The notes: generated by a model not told the origin, from the letters alone. 64,000 nucleotides of DNA from Pyrodictiaceae archaeon (GCA_027036135.1 JALVSY010000030.1:128001-192000); one strand, 5' to 3'; positions 53,199 through 63,466 are shown, numbered from the stretch's first letter. Program-made: numbers and translations.

Positions 53199-53350
53199 TC
53201 CCGCACCCGGACTAGAGCCGCAGCACTGTACCTTTAAGACTTAATTCTCAAAGAAGGTGCTAGGCGTATCACACACCAGCGCCGGAAAACAAGCCACGCG
53301 AACAATATATACAAGCATTAATTCGATGCCAGAACTGTAAGTGCACGTGG

Positions 53351-54301
53351 TTATCTTTTCTCATACCTTATTTCGTTCACGAACTCGTCTATACTACGAT
53401 AGATATCTAGAATATCCGTATCAGTTACTCCCCCTTCTATTGTTTGCCTAGAGGCTTGCCGTATTATAGCTACTATCTTCGCGTTTACGCTTGACGCTAC
53501 TTTTGCTGACTCAGAGACCTTCTTTAACAATATCTTCTCCTTTGATGCACTTAGGACTATAACCATTCTTTCCTTATCCACGCGGGCAACAGCATCTGGC
53601 GGCGCGCGCTTTGTCTCAACGAGTTCTCCTCCTAAATCCTTGATAGCACTTGATAACCTCTCTAGGCGAGAGCTAATGTAGCGACGCTGCTTAGGAATAT
53701 ATCGGTTCTTTTCCTCCTCTTCAAGGATATTTATTGGGCGAAAAACCTTGTCTCCAAACACTTCCATTAGCCGCAGAGCTGTCTGTAGCGATACATCTGT
53801 TTCCTCTCTCTCATACATGTATACGGCTCTGCGACTCACGCTGAGTAGGACCGCTAAGTCACCCAGTCCATATCCTTTACGCTCTCTCTCGACACGTAGC
53901 TTCTCTCCGTCAACACGCATGTAGTAATTGCCTTGTCTTTTCACCACGTATATTGAGTTTTCAAGTGTTGATCTTAAGCCACCAACTCCAACTATGAATA
54001 TACCCGACTTCTCGTGAGCAACAATATCGTCTATCTCTTCACCATTATCATTATTAGCTACAACTAGGCCAACTGCACCTAAGATGTTACTACAATCTCT
54101 TAGCTCGCTAAGCTCGCCTGGCCTTAGGTCACTAGTATCATTAACTACCTTTATCATCAACGGTTTTCGTTCCTCGTGGGATGCAACGATGTCTATGCTT
54201 CTCTTATTATGGTCCTCCGGGTATACTATGCGCTGAACCCGGTACCCATGTATAGTAAGCAACCGTATTGTGTCATCAAGCACACTGTTTATCTTATCCA
54301 C
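53351..54301 (-). CDS. Archaeal HTH transcriptional regulator (COG1395-like)
   Basis: SIDIVA N-domain plus Xre HTH DGEKLRVERERKGYGLGDLAVLLSVSRRAVYMYE. Confidence 0.8.
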   Translation of the reverse strand: MDKINSVLDDTIRLLTIHGYRVQRIVYPEDHNKRSIDIVASHEERKPLMIKVVNDTSDLRPGELSELRDCSNILGAVGLVVANNDNGEEIDDIVAHEKSGIFIVGVGGLRSTLENSIYVVKRQGNYYMRVDGEKLRVERERKGYGLGDLAVLLSVSRRAVYMYEREETDVSLQTALRLMEVFGDKVFRPINILEEEEKNRYIPKQRRYISSRLERLSSAIKDLGGELVETKRAPPDAVARVDKERMVIVLSASKEKILLKKVSESAKVASSVNAKIVAIIRQASRQTIEGGVTDTDILDIYRSIDEFVNEIRYEKR

Positions 54302-54752
54302 GGTTCGCTTGCCCCGCTTCCCCGTTAAGGTTATATACTATAGATACCATTATAAGGGTTTTAAAAAGTGAGAGGAGCTTATGCATTTCTATATCACGTA
54401 TCTCCCATAGCTCTCCTGCTAGACTTCCGCGAAGAATATAATGAAGAGCACGGGCAGCCCATGTATCAGGTTTTATTAGTTCAAAGTGCCTGGTAGTACC
54501 GCTTCTTTTATACAAAAATACCCACGGAAACTTTACTAGTCTATGAATATACCAAGGCAATATTCTTGCCATTCTCTCTAGCTCATCCTTATCAAAGCTA
54601 TGAAAAATCCCAGAGACTAAGTACACGCCTGGATTAGGAGATTCTAATAGCTCACGGAGACTCCTATACTCGCGGGGAGTATTGCTTTTGAAAAATTGTT
54701 CCTCTCTGTAAACCTTGGTGTATATTATTCGCCATATTTTGTCCGCGCTCAT
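54294..54752 (-). CDS. DUF61 family protein
   Basis: PREYRSLRELLES.P...H.FDKDELE pattern, downstream of fibrillarin. Confidence 0.65.
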   Translation of the reverse strand: MSADKIWRIIYTKVYREEQFFKSNTPREYRSLRELLESPNPGVYLVSGIFHSFDKDELERMARILPWYIHRLVKFPWVFLYKRSGTTRHFELIKPDTWAARALHYILRGSLAGELWEIRDIEMHKLLSLFKTLIMVSIVYNLNGEAGQANRG

Positions 54753-54806
54753 GCCTATTTTGTTCCTCAGCTATTAGAGATTCGTATGAAAAACATGTGT
54801 TCTAGG

Positions 54807-55511
54807 TTACTTTGATGGCTTGTACCTGGCATAGACCATTGCGTGGTCTTTGTCGAATGGCTCTAAGTGCACCATGTCTACTATCTCGAATCCTCGTTCA
54901 CGTAGAACGTTTATCTCGTGTTTGAATACTTCACTAGGCTCCTTGGTTACATCAATACTTCTTGCCTTGATGGCTAGAAGTAGGTATCCGTTTTCCTTTA
55001 GGAAGTAGTCAGCATTATCAGCTACTATTGCTGCTTGTTCAGGCTGGGCCACATCAGCATAGATTCCGTCAACAAGTTCCACTATATGACGATACTCATA
55101 CGGTTTCCTGGCATCATTTAGCAATGGGTACATATTGGGCCTGGTTTCACATACCGCTACTAGTTCTCTCATAACTCTAGGCGCAACATCAAGTGCATAT
55201 ACCTTGCCCTCTGGGCCCACAATATCAGATACATGGCTTGGAGTTGTACCAGTTGCAGCACCGAGGTATAGTATGCGATGACCCCTCTGTATTGGTAGCT
55301 CCTCTATCCCCTTTAGTAGAGCTGCTGCGAGCTTGCTTCGATACGGATTCCATTCCCTGAGCTCTAGTTCTCCCCACTTGAAGAGTCGTTCACCGTAAAC
55401 TCTCTTACCAGGAGCAAGGTTTACCGTAGCTAGCCTAGTGGAGCCGTCCTCTAGCTCAACTATGTATACTCCCTTATACTTTTCATGCTCTTTTACACTT
55501 ACAACCTCCAT
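54807..55511 (-). CDS. flpA: Fibrillarin (C/D sRNP 2'-O-methyltransferase)
   Basis: [42 protein letters not shown]. Confidence 0.96.
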   Translation of the reverse strand: MEVVSVKEHEKYKGVYIVELEDGSTRLATVNLAPGKRVYGERLFKWGELELREWNPYRSKLAAALLKGIEELPIQRGHRILYLGAATGTTPSHVSDIVGPEGKVYALDVAPRVMRELVAVCETRPNMYPLLNDARKPYEYRHIVELVDGIYADVAQPEQAAIVADNADYFLKENGYLLLAIKARSIDVTKEPSEVFKHEINVLRERGFEIVDMVHLEPFDKDHAMVYARYKPSK

Positions 55512-55567
55512 CTACATCCCCTCTAACCCGAGAATTGTAACAGTAAATAAGAGTCTTGGATAAGGGA

Positions 55568-56818
55568 TTATCTCCTGCCCTTTCCTCTGCCACCTTTTCT
55601 TCTTCCACGTCTTCCTCTGCGAGGCCTTGCGGGCTTTGCTGGCTTGACTTCCTCCTTCTTCCTCTTCGGGGGCTTGGCGTAGATTCTCTTTATCTCTTCT
55701 ATTCTCTTGCGTAGAGCTTCTTTCAGCTTATCTCCTATGAACCTGCCGGTGAAGTAATCTACCTTTGCGGCTATGGCGAGCTTAGCTGCTAGAGCCCTAG
55801 CTATCTTACCTCTCTGCCACCTAGGGCTTCTATGTATGTCTGGGTACTGGAATATGACTCCATGCTTTGGCGGTTTACCTCCTGTTCTTAGTGCTCGGAA
55901 TAGTGCCTTCTCTGCACCTAGTACTTGTATAGTGCTTGCGGGCAGGAAGGCTAGCTCCTCTAGGCTACCAGCTAGGCTTATGAGCCTCGCACCGAGTAGT
56001 GGACCAACAAGCGCTGTTATGTTTGGCGCGACTTCTTTCATTACTTGGGCTATGTAGTCTGACAAGTCTCTCCTAAGCTTGTATAGGTCTAGAGTTATTC
56101 TTGCGAGTCTCTGCATAGGCTCTATATCGAACTCGGGGTAGTCTGCACCCATACTCTTCTTTGCTGCCTCTGCTATTTTGCGTGCCTTCTCCTCGCTAAA
56201 GCCCAGCTTTACTAGGTTCTCAACTGTTATATTATCTCTATGACCAAGCTCCGCCACTATGCGCACATAGTCCTCGTGCTCTCTTACTAGGTCATCGAGT
56301 TCGGGAAAGTGTAGGCTGTACCATTCGCGAAGCCTTGCTGCGAACAAATTGGTTGTTTTGTCTATATCGTCTATGGCTCTTATAGCCTGTGCTGCTAATA
56401 GGTCGCGCTTTTGTGCAGCTCTTCTAAGCTTTCTACGTGTTAGCTCTAGCGTAAATTCGTGTAGGAGGCTGTAGAAATCCTCTATGCTCTTAACGAATCC
56501 GGTGTCAACGGCTATTTCTGCTGCCTTCTCTCTAACATACCTAGCTATAGCATTAGCTGGCTCAACTGATACCTCGAATCCTTTTCCTGATGCTATCCTT
56601 GCCTCCTCATTTGTCTCAACTACTAGCTCCTTTATTCCCATCTCCTTAAGCTTCTCGAGCAAGTTGAGAAATGCCGCTGCAGCCTCGCCACGTTCTATCT
56701 TAAGGGCTTCCTCAACCATGTCGTCAAGGTTTTTGGGCCCATGTACATATGCAACTATATCCTTATTCTCGTTCACCGCATAGCTACCAGTTAAATGGTC
56801 AACAACATAGATTTTCAT
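55568..56818 (-). CDS. nop5: C/D sRNP protein Nop5 (Nop56/58)
   Basis: REWYSLHFPEL, PASTIQVLGAEKALFR, PKHGVIFQ; GGAGGT RBS before ATG 56818. Confidence 0.96.
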   Translation of the reverse strand: MKIYVVDHLTGSYAVNENKDIVAYVHGPKNLDDMVEEALKIERGEAAAAFLNLLEKLKEMGIKELVVETNEEARIASGKGFEVSVEPANAIARYVREKAAEIAVDTGFVKSIEDFYSLLHEFTLELTRRKLRRAAQKRDLLAAQAIRAIDDIDKTTNLFAARLREWYSLHFPELDDLVREHEDYVRIVAELGHRDNITVENLVKLGFSEEKARKIAEAAKKSMGADYPEFDIEPMQRLARITLDLYKLRRDLSDYIAQVMKEVAPNITALVGPLLGARLISLAGSLEELAFLPASTIQVLGAEKALFRALRTGGKPPKHGVIFQYPDIHRSPRWQRGKIARALAAKLAIAAKVDYFTGRFIGDKLKEALRKRIEEIKRIYAKPPKRKKEEVKPAKPARPRRGRRGRRKGGRGKGRR

Positions 56819-56918
56819 GACTGCTTTTACCTCCTTTCTAAACCCATTAGTTGCTAGCATTGCAGAGGAGACTATTTTAAGCATTCGTTTTTACTTATGA
56901 AAAGAGGGGCTTATCAAC

Positions 56919-57275
56919 ATGAACGAGAAATCAGATGAGCCGCACCAGCTTCCGGAGAACAAGAAGCTTGCTATATTCGAGGGAGAGGCCCGTGTAGGTG
57001 AAGTGATGCAGGGTATACAAGCGATTCAGTTAAGACCCGAGGACCTATCAAGCCCCATAGCATTGCAAATGGCTTTGTCTAGAATGTATGAAGCAGTAAT
57101 GAAGATGCTTGAATCTGGGCCAAAGAAGCGCTACATAGCAGAGGTCAGATTTACTGATAGCCTAGGGAACCCAGTTTCCTTTGCTGTTGATCTGGGCGAA
57201 TCACCTCCACCTTTCTCAAGGGATAAAGTAAGGGCTAGAATAATAATCGAAATATTTGAGGAAGAAGAGAGCTAG
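56919..57275 (+). CDS. Hypothetical protein
   Basis: Coding-like ORF with RBS, divergent from nop5. Confidence 0.6.
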   Translation: MNEKSDEPHQLPENKKLAIFEGEARVGEVMQGIQAIQLRPEDLSSPIALQMALSRMYEAVMKMLESGPKKRYIAEVRFTDSLGNPVSFAVDLGESPPPFSRDKVRARIIIEIFEEEES

Positions 57276-57682
57276 CTATTAGGAATACATTTTATTCTAA
57301 ATCCGAGTCTTTCAATAACACTACTTAATTCTGCGCACGCATTGCTATCGGAGAGCATTATTGCTGCATTAGTTTCATCATAGTATGCGTCAATACCTCT
57401 GCGCTTCAAGCGATTAGCCAAGTAATGACCTAGAGCTCTTCCTAGTACACTGTCTACGTCTTTAACTTTATAGACTAATGGCCTAACTCTTTCTAGATAA
57501 CCTTGTCTAACAAGTGTTCTCAATAATCTTGAGGCTAGTCTCTTTGAACCCGTTAGCACATATAGCACGTCAATCGCTTCGCCAGCATTTATTTCTTCTA
57601 GGCCATTGTTTTTAGCATAAAGTAGAAGCATATAATATGCTAAGAATTCCCTTCTCTTAGGCCATCTCTTCGTAATGCCCAT
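57272..57682 (-). CDS. Winged-helix hypothetical protein
   Basis: ASRLLRTLVRQGYLERV...YKV wHTH-like pattern. Confidence 0.55.
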   Translation of the reverse strand: MGITKRWPKRREFLAYYMLLLYAKNNGLEEINAGEAIDVLYVLTGSKRLASRLLRTLVRQGYLERVRPLVYKVKDVDSVLGRALGHYLANRLKRRGIDAYYDETNAAIMLSDSNACAELSSVIERLGFRIKCIPNS

Positions 57683-57758
57683 ACTCTTCCACGCTCTCCA
57701 TTAATCAAGAAGTGCCTTGAACCTATTAACCCCCATTCACGTTATTTCGCAACGGATA

Positions 57759-57824
57759 CCGATGAGGAACCATGTAAGGGTTGAGCCCCTATTAAGCTAT
57801 GATATATAACCAGGCTGCTGAGGG
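57759..57824 (+). ncRNA. Box C/D guide sRNA with both guides matching tRNA-Val sequences
   Basis: C ATGAGGA 57762-68; guide ACCATGTAAGGG; D' TTGA; C' ATGATAT; guide ATAACCAGGCTG; D CTGA 57818-21. Confidence 0.78.
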
Positions 57825-57831
57825 CAGCGAT

Positions 57832-58590
57832 ATGCCGACCTATGATAAAGGTGACTACGCTATACCCATTGAGCATATAATTAATATGAGCGATGATTAT
57901 TTTCTCCAACTTATAAGCAGCATGTTAGGCTTAAATGATTGCGACTGCACTATGGTTGACTACCCATCAATCGTATCTGCTAGGGTGGGTAGGCATGTTA
58001 TAGATATTGTATTAGGTCAAGGAAGTATTGTTTGCAAACAAGGATGCAAGGAAATAGCCCAAATAGGCATACCAGTGGTTACACTCGCGTCCTCTAGCTG
58101 GGTCTACGGCCGCATAATCAAGCATAGAAAATGCTTTGTGACAGAAAAGTCTTTGGAACATATCTCAAAGCTTTCTCCAATACTCAGAGATAGCATAAAC
58201 TGGGTAATTACGAGCTTTAATGACCTCATGGAGCGTGTTGCTAAGGAGAAAGTTAAGGCGTTCTCGTTTATTCTTCCTGAATATGGTCCTCTTAGCTTTG
58301 TGCAAACTAAGTGCTGCGGACAACTTTACTCTCCAAATCCTTTACTGCATCCAGGCGCCGTTTTTGGAAAATCACGAGAAGAAGTATGCGTAAAAACATG
58401 TACTAAGATACTGGGTCCTTTCAGAAAGAAAATTATGCCCGTACTATCTATCGGAGAAGATCCAATCATTGCTCTTTATCAGGGCATGGGAGAACTTCTC
58501 CTAGCGAGTATTGCTCTTAACGATATACCTAATAACATAACCAAATCGCTTATACTTTCGCTAATTTATACATGCAGTGAAGGAGATTAG
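57832..58590 (+). CDS. Cys-rich hypothetical protein
   Basis: Long ORF overlapping taw3; start moved to ATG 57832, downstream of the sRNA. Confidence 0.55.
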   Translation: MPTYDKGDYAIPIEHIINMSDDYFLQLISSMLGLNDCDCTMVDYPSIVSARVGRHVIDIVLGQGSIVCKQGCKEIAQIGIPVVTLASSSWVYGRIIKHRKCFVTEKSLEHISKLSPILRDSINWVITSFNDLMERVAKEKVKAFSFILPEYGPLSFVQTKCCGQLYSPNPLLHPGAVFGKSREEVCVKTCTKILGPFRKKIMPVLSIGEDPIIALYQGMGELLLASIALNDIPNNITKSLILSLIYTCSEGD

Positions 58591-59254
58591 AATGAATACG
58601 CTTATTCCTACAAACTGCAACTCTACTAATTGGATTAATATACGCAATAAATTTCTAGAATCTCTTAGAGAGGCTATGACAAGACACCTCATAGACGAAG
58701 ACATAATAGACATACTGATGCTGCTGAACTCGATACCTTGTATTGTCACATCAAGTTCTTGTAGCGGACGCATAGCGTTATTTGCAGCCAATGCTCCAGG
58801 AGATAAAAAGAGAGGAGGAATAGTTGCTAAATGGCATAAACCCATAAGAGTGGATGAGTTACTTCAAGTCCTTAGAGGAGCTAGACTTGACAATTATAAA
58901 TTTGTATGGGTATCTGCGCAGCCATTAATATTAGCTCTCTATACTTGTAGCTTGCCTATTGCTAACGAGCTACTTAGAGTAGCTGAGCGTCTAGGATTAA
59001 AGTACTCCGGGATGAAGATTAGAGAAGACGCGATCTACATAATGATCTTGGGAACAGAGAGAGTAGATATCCCATTACGCGTAGATAATAATATTTTTAT
59101 AGACTTAGATAATATTAAAGAAATTAGTTCTATCGTTAATATTCTTAATACTTATTTAGTGCTAGCTAAGAGAAAATTAGCTAGGTTAAAGAGGGGGCTA
59201 GCTGCATCACTAACTTTGGTTAGGAGGGAATGTGAAGAAGCTACCCTATACTGA
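58577..59254 (+). CDS. taw3: tRNA(Phe) wyosine-derivative methyltransferase Taw3/TYW3
   Basis: IDEDI, TSSSCSGRI, KWH, QPLIL, G.K.SG, TERVDIPL. Confidence 0.88.
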   Translation: MKEIRMNTLIPTNCNSTNWINIRNKFLESLREAMTRHLIDEDIIDILMLLNSIPCIVTSSSCSGRIALFAANAPGDKKRGGIVAKWHKPIRVDELLQVLRGARLDNYKFVWVSAQPLILALYTCSLPIANELLRVAERLGLKYSGMKIREDAIYIMILGTERVDIPLRVDNNIFIDLDNIKEISSIVNILNTYLVLAKRKLARLKRGLAASLTLVRRECEEATLY

Positions 59255-59284
59255 TTGGATGATGATTATCGACCTCACGGATTA
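59229..59284 (+). ncRNA. Box C/D guide sRNA overlapping the taw3 stop codon
   Basis: C GTGAAGA 59232-38; guide AGCTACCCTATA; D' CTGA (contains the TGA stop); C' ATGATGA; guide TTATCGACCTCA; D CGGA 59278-81. Confidence 0.7.
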
Positions 59285-60160
59285 GAGAAGTCCTAGGAGA
59301 AATGCTAGGCCTCCTAATAGGAATCCCGCTTTTAGAGCACTTCGAGCTTTCTTGGATGCTTCTATAAGGGATTCCTCATCACTATGTTTCAGTAATGCTG
59401 CTACAGAATACAGTATCGTTGCGTCAACACCAATAGCGAATACGAGATATAGGATATTGTATATCCTAGTGAACCATGGTAATGGACTTATTATAACGAC
59501 TAGCAGCAGTAAGATTGAAGCTATTATAGCTGCCTTTCTTGGTCCAAGAGTTACAGCTAGCGTATATATATTAGCATGCGCATCACCCTTTACATCTTCT
59601 ATTCCCTTTACTATTTCTCTTCCCAGTACAAGAAGGAACGCATAGAATACCGGTATGAGTACTAGTGCGGGTACTTGCTTATTAAGTACAACGGCTGCAA
59701 AGAAGCCGCCAAACAATATAGTCGCAGCAGACTCTACAGCAACTGATATATTCCCAATAAACCCGGTTCGCTTTATCCAACGTGAATATTCATGGACTAG
59801 TAAGGTGCTAATAAGGCTAAATACAAGTATATAGACGGAGTAGGCAGCACTAATCAGGAGGCCTCCAAGGAAAAGAGAGTATGCGAGTACACGTGCATCT
59901 CTACGTCTAACCGCCCCCCGAACTATTGGTCTCCAAGGCTTAGATATTGCGTCGGTCTCCACGTCATAATAGTCGTTTATTACATACCCTCCTGCCGCAA
60001 TTAATACAACTATCAGTGATGCCGCAACACACGTGAGCCAGCTAGGATAGTAATGCACATACTTAATTACGGCACCGTAACCAATTATGGTGGTTAGAAA
60101 CGATACTAGAAGATTATGTGGCCTAAGCAGTTCTAAGTAGCCTCTGAACATATCATTCAT
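59282..60160 (-). CDS. Digeranylgeranylglyceryl phosphate synthase (UbiA family)
   Basis: LLRPHN, GYVINDYYDVETDAISKPWRP, GREIVKGIEDVKGD. Confidence 0.88.
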   Translation of the reverse strand: MNDMFRGYLELLRPHNLLVSFLTTIIGYGAVIKYVHYYPSWLTCVAASLIVVLIAAGGYVINDYYDVETDAISKPWRPIVRGAVRRRDARVLAYSLFLGGLLISAAYSVYILVFSLISTLLVHEYSRWIKRTGFIGNISVAVESAATILFGGFFAAVVLNKQVPALVLIPVFYAFLLVLGREIVKGIEDVKGDAHANIYTLAVTLGPRKAAIIASILLLLVVIISPLPWFTRIYNILYLVFAIGVDATILYSVAALLKHSDEESLIEASKKARSALKAGFLLGGLAFLLGLL

Positions 60161-60291
60161 AATATTCTACGCACCCAGGGGCTGCATACCAAGTATTTTT
60201 AGCTTTTAGGTTCTTCCCTTAGCGCTGTATACTTTCGCTTATCTCCCATAGAGGTTGAAAGCTTAAGGAGCATTAGTACCGGGGCAAAGAT

Positions 60292-60543
60292 ATGAAATAT
60301 ACATTGCTCATTAATGCAGCACGGATTATAACACAGAGGAGGATATTATACATGAGATGGATTGATGACAATAGGATAACTGCAGCCGTTAAGGGTGAGA
60401 ACAAAACCTACTTTGTCACGCTTAATTTAAGAAGCGGTAAGGCGTGGTGTACTTGTCCAGGCTATTATTTCAGAGGTTATTGTAAGCACATTATAGCTGT
60501 TAAGACCTATGTTTCAAGGAGGCTAGGCATAACATTTACCTAG
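60292..60543 (+). CDS. Small SWIM zinc-finger protein
   Basis: YFVTL...CTCPGYYFRGYCKHIIAV (CxC...CxH). Confidence 0.8.
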   Translation: MKYTLLINAARIITQRRILYMRWIDDNRITAAVKGENKTYFVTLNLRSGKAWCTCPGYYFRGYCKHIIAVKTYVSRRLGITFT

Positions 60544-60552
60544 CATTAGTAG

Positions 60553-60610
60553 GGGGTCAGCCGAAACCTCCTTCATCAATATTCTCAGAGTGAGTCGTAC
60601 ACATCATTTC
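60553..60610 (-). ncRNA. Box C/D guide sRNA (minus strand)
   Basis: Minus strand: C ATGATGT (60607-01); guide GTACGACTCACT; D' CTGA; C' TTGATGA; guide AGGAGGTTTCGG; D CTGA (60560-57). Confidence 0.85.
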
Positions 60611-60679
60611 CAAGGCTAAAGGATCCATACCGTTTAACTAATTAACCTTTTAGTCCTATACTAATACCATACTTATGTC

Positions 60680-61630
60680 ATGGTGAGCTATTACCTAATG
60701 GTATCAGCTGGAACTGGAATTAATAGAATTAATATCTACGAATATGAGTTTACAAGAGGCTTCCCTATTCCTGGGTTTATTATACGGCATATACTGGGCT
60801 CTAGTGACAATAAAGTTGTCCTTAGATTTGATTTAAACGTAGCCTATGAAGTTGAGAAAAAACAAAACAATATATTCATTATGAAATTACTTATTAATAA
60901 TAATAATATATTAAGAAAAATTGAAATTTATAAAAATATATTTAATAATAAGATAGATGATAATTCTATGTATATAATTATGAATAACAATATTTATAAG
61001 ATAGAAATATTTCTAAATAATACTTATGCAAAACTTTATATATCACCATCTATGAGATCATCAACACTAAACATAAATGGAATACATATGCATCAAATAA
61101 TAAAAATGTCACCCTACAGAGACTCAGAAAGGAAAGCCTACTATGCTAGGATACGTAGAGGAGATAGGGTACTCGACATATGTACGGGACTTGGATATAC
61201 CGCTATTGCTGCACTCAAGAGAGGCGCAAGTAGTATAGTTACAATAGAGATTAGCAACCATGTACTAGGTCTCGCTGAGGTCAATCCTTGGAGTTTTTAC
61301 CTTAATTCAGATAAAATCACAATTATTAATAATGATGCACTAAATATTCTCCCGAGGATGCGCGATAATATATTCGATAGGGTAATTCATGACCCTCCAC
61401 GATTCAACATTGCAGGAGAGCTATATAGCCTTAGTTTTTATAAAGAGATTTACCGGGTTCTCAAGCCTGGTGGTTTGCTTTTTCACTATACTGGTCAACC
61501 GCTGAAAAATCGCGGTAGGGGTCTGGGGCCCATAATTAAGGGCATTAAGACGAGACTACAGCAAGCTGGCTTTATAGTACTACGCTATATCCGGGAAGTA
61601 TATGGTTTTGTAGCTGCTAAGCCCCGTTAG
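60680..61630 (+). CDS. Archaeal SAM-dependent methyltransferase (COG2521-like) with an extremely AT-rich internal segment
   Basis: INGIHMH, VLDICTGLGYTAI, NPWS, IHDPPRF..AGELYS, LFHYTG. Confidence 0.85.
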   Translation: MVSYYLMVSAGTGINRINIYEYEFTRGFPIPGFIIRHILGSSDNKVVLRFDLNVAYEVEKKQNNIFIMKLLINNNNILRKIEIYKNIFNNKIDDNSMYIIMNNNIYKIEIFLNNTYAKLYISPSMRSSTLNINGIHMHQIIKMSPYRDSERKAYYARIRRGDRVLDICTGLGYTAIAALKRGASSIVTIEISNHVLGLAEVNPWSFYLNSDKITIINNDALNILPRMRDNIFDRVIHDPPRFNIAGELYSLSFYKEIYRVLKPGGLLFHYTGQPLKNRGRGLGPIIKGIKTRLQQAGFIVLRYIREVYGFVAAKPR

Positions 61631-61682
61631 GGAGGACTAGCATTAAATACTCCTAATTCAACGTATAGAGACTAAGCTATCG

Positions 61683-62522
61683 GTGCCTCTCTTGGAGCGT
61701 GTAAGCTTTCCTCCTCTCCCTTCAGAGAAAGCTGATATCGGAGTTATAGGTGGAAGCGGTCTCTATGATCCGGGTATACTGGAGGAGACCAAGGAGATTA
61801 AGGTATACACGCCATATGGGGAGCCTAGCGACTACATTATACTTGGTACATTAAAGGGACGGAGAGTAGCATTTTTACCGAGGCATGGTCGGGGTCACCG
61901 AATACCTCCACATAGAATCAACTATAGGGCTAATATATGGGCTTTGAAGATGCTTGGCGTTAAATGGATTATCTCGGTTTCCGCTGTGGGCTCGCTTAGA
62001 GAGGATTATAAACCAGGCGACATTGTTGTACCAGACCAGTTCATCGACATGACTAAAAAGAGAGAATATACGTTCTTTGATCAAGGTGTTGTAGCACATA
62101 TTAGTATGGCTGATCCCTTCTGCGAGCATCTAAGAAAGTACTTGATAGAGACTGCCAAGGAGCTTGGTTATAGAGTTCACGGAAAAGGAACGTATATATG
62201 TATTGAGGGACCGAGGTTCTCTACAAGAGCTGAGAGCCGGATATGGCGAGACGTATTTAAAGCAGATATAATAGGCATGACACTAGTACCTGAGGTTAAC
62301 CTTGCCTGCGAGGCTCAGCTCTGCTATGCTACGCTAGCACTAGTAACTGATTACGATGTATGGGCGGAACATCCAGTAACCGCGGAAGAAGTTGCTAGGG
62401 TAATGCAGGAGAACACCGAGAAGGCAAAAAGGATACTATATGAGCTTATACCACGCCTGCTAGAAAAACCAGACCCAGGGTTGTGTAGTTGCTGCAAATC
62501 CCTGGAAACAGCATTGCTCTAA
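61683..62522 (+). CDS. mtnP: 5'-methylthioadenosine phosphorylase
   Basis: [35 protein letters not shown]; C-terminal CSCC. Confidence 0.93.
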   Translation: MPLLERVSFPPLPSEKADIGVIGGSGLYDPGILEETKEIKVYTPYGEPSDYIILGTLKGRRVAFLPRHGRGHRIPPHRINYRANIWALKMLGVKWIISVSAVGSLREDYKPGDIVVPDQFIDMTKKREYTFFDQGVVAHISMADPFCEHLRKYLIETAKELGYRVHGKGTYICIEGPRFSTRAESRIWRDVFKADIIGMTLVPEVNLACEAQLCYATLALVTDYDVWAEHPVTAEEVARVMQENTEKAKRILYELIPRLLEKPDPGLCSCCKSLETALL

Positions 62523-63466
62523 GAGAAATATCCCAACGAGACATAACTAGATTAGAGAATGTACTAGCTCAGCGAGTAAAGGGTATCGATGAGATATTGG
62601 CAGAACCGTATGACACAATTTATGTTTCCTTTCTTGGCGCTGGGCTAGCTCAAGCAGCCGCCGAGCTGGTTTACTGGCCTCTTCGCCAACTTAGTGAAAG
62701 GAATATCCGCTTAGTCTCTGGAGAAGAAATACTATATCATACCCTGCCATACCATGATGAACACTCGCTAGTAATATTGTTTGGAGAACCTGGTACAGAG
62801 AACCTCGTAGCTAAGACAGCGACCACAGTTAGACTAACAGGTAACAACCTCGTTTCATTTACAGCACCACTGCCAGCTACATTATCCCAGTACTTACCCG
62901 AGCATAGAGTAGAGATAAGTGAAGAACCTATATCAATTGCCTTCATAGTAGCAGCAGCGAAGCTAGTGACAATACTTGTTGACAAGTATGGCGGGATTAA
63001 GATACGTAGAAATAGAGTAAGGGATGAATATAATAATATAGCTCAGATCTACGACGACTTATTAGAGAAATATTCACAAACATTATCAAATATTACATCG
63101 AAACTAAGAAGAGAGAACACAACAATAACCATTTACTCATCCCCCACGCTAATGCCAGCTTCACACATATTCGAGTGGTGCCTCTCCCTAGAAAAATACA
63201 CTCCAAGAGTATATAACTTATCAGCTATACTATCACATATATTAATAAGTAATTCAAACCAACAAAGCAACAACATAGCACTATTTCTACTAACAGACGT
63301 CGAGACAGATATACTCCGAGAAGCCAAGTTCAAGCTAACATTTCTTCAGAGACAAAGCATAGAGACCATCGAGCTAATAATGCATACAGATCCACTAACG
63401 GCTCCGCTCTATGCATCACTTATCTTAATCAAGGCTTGTACAGAGCTAAGGAAAACGAGAAAGTAA
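62489..63466 (+). CDS. Divergent SIS-domain-like hypothetical protein
   Basis: Long ORF between mtnP and a RimK-like gene; alpha/beta pattern FLGAG..Q.AAE; start uncertain. Confidence 0.5.
   Translation: MLQIPGNSIALREISQRDITRLENVLAQRVKGIDEILAEPYDTIYVSFLGAGLAQAAAELVYWPLRQLSERNIRLVSGEEILYHTLPYHDEHSLVILFGEPGTENLVAKTATTVRLTGNNLVSFTAPLPATLSQYLPEHRVEISEEPISIAFIVAAAKLVTILVDKYGGIKIRRNRVRDEYNNIAQIYDDLLEKYSQTLSNITSKLRRENTTITIYSSPTLMPASHIFEWCLSLEKYTPRVYNLSAILSHILISNSNQQSNNIALFLLTDVETDILREAKFKLTFLQRQSIETIELIMHTDPLTAPLYASLILIKACTELRKTRK

Noticed and set aside
31281-62522. Polyamine-related genes (speE, speB, dys, mtnP) as one cluster
   Set aside because: Dispersed over 30 kb among core genes, not an operon
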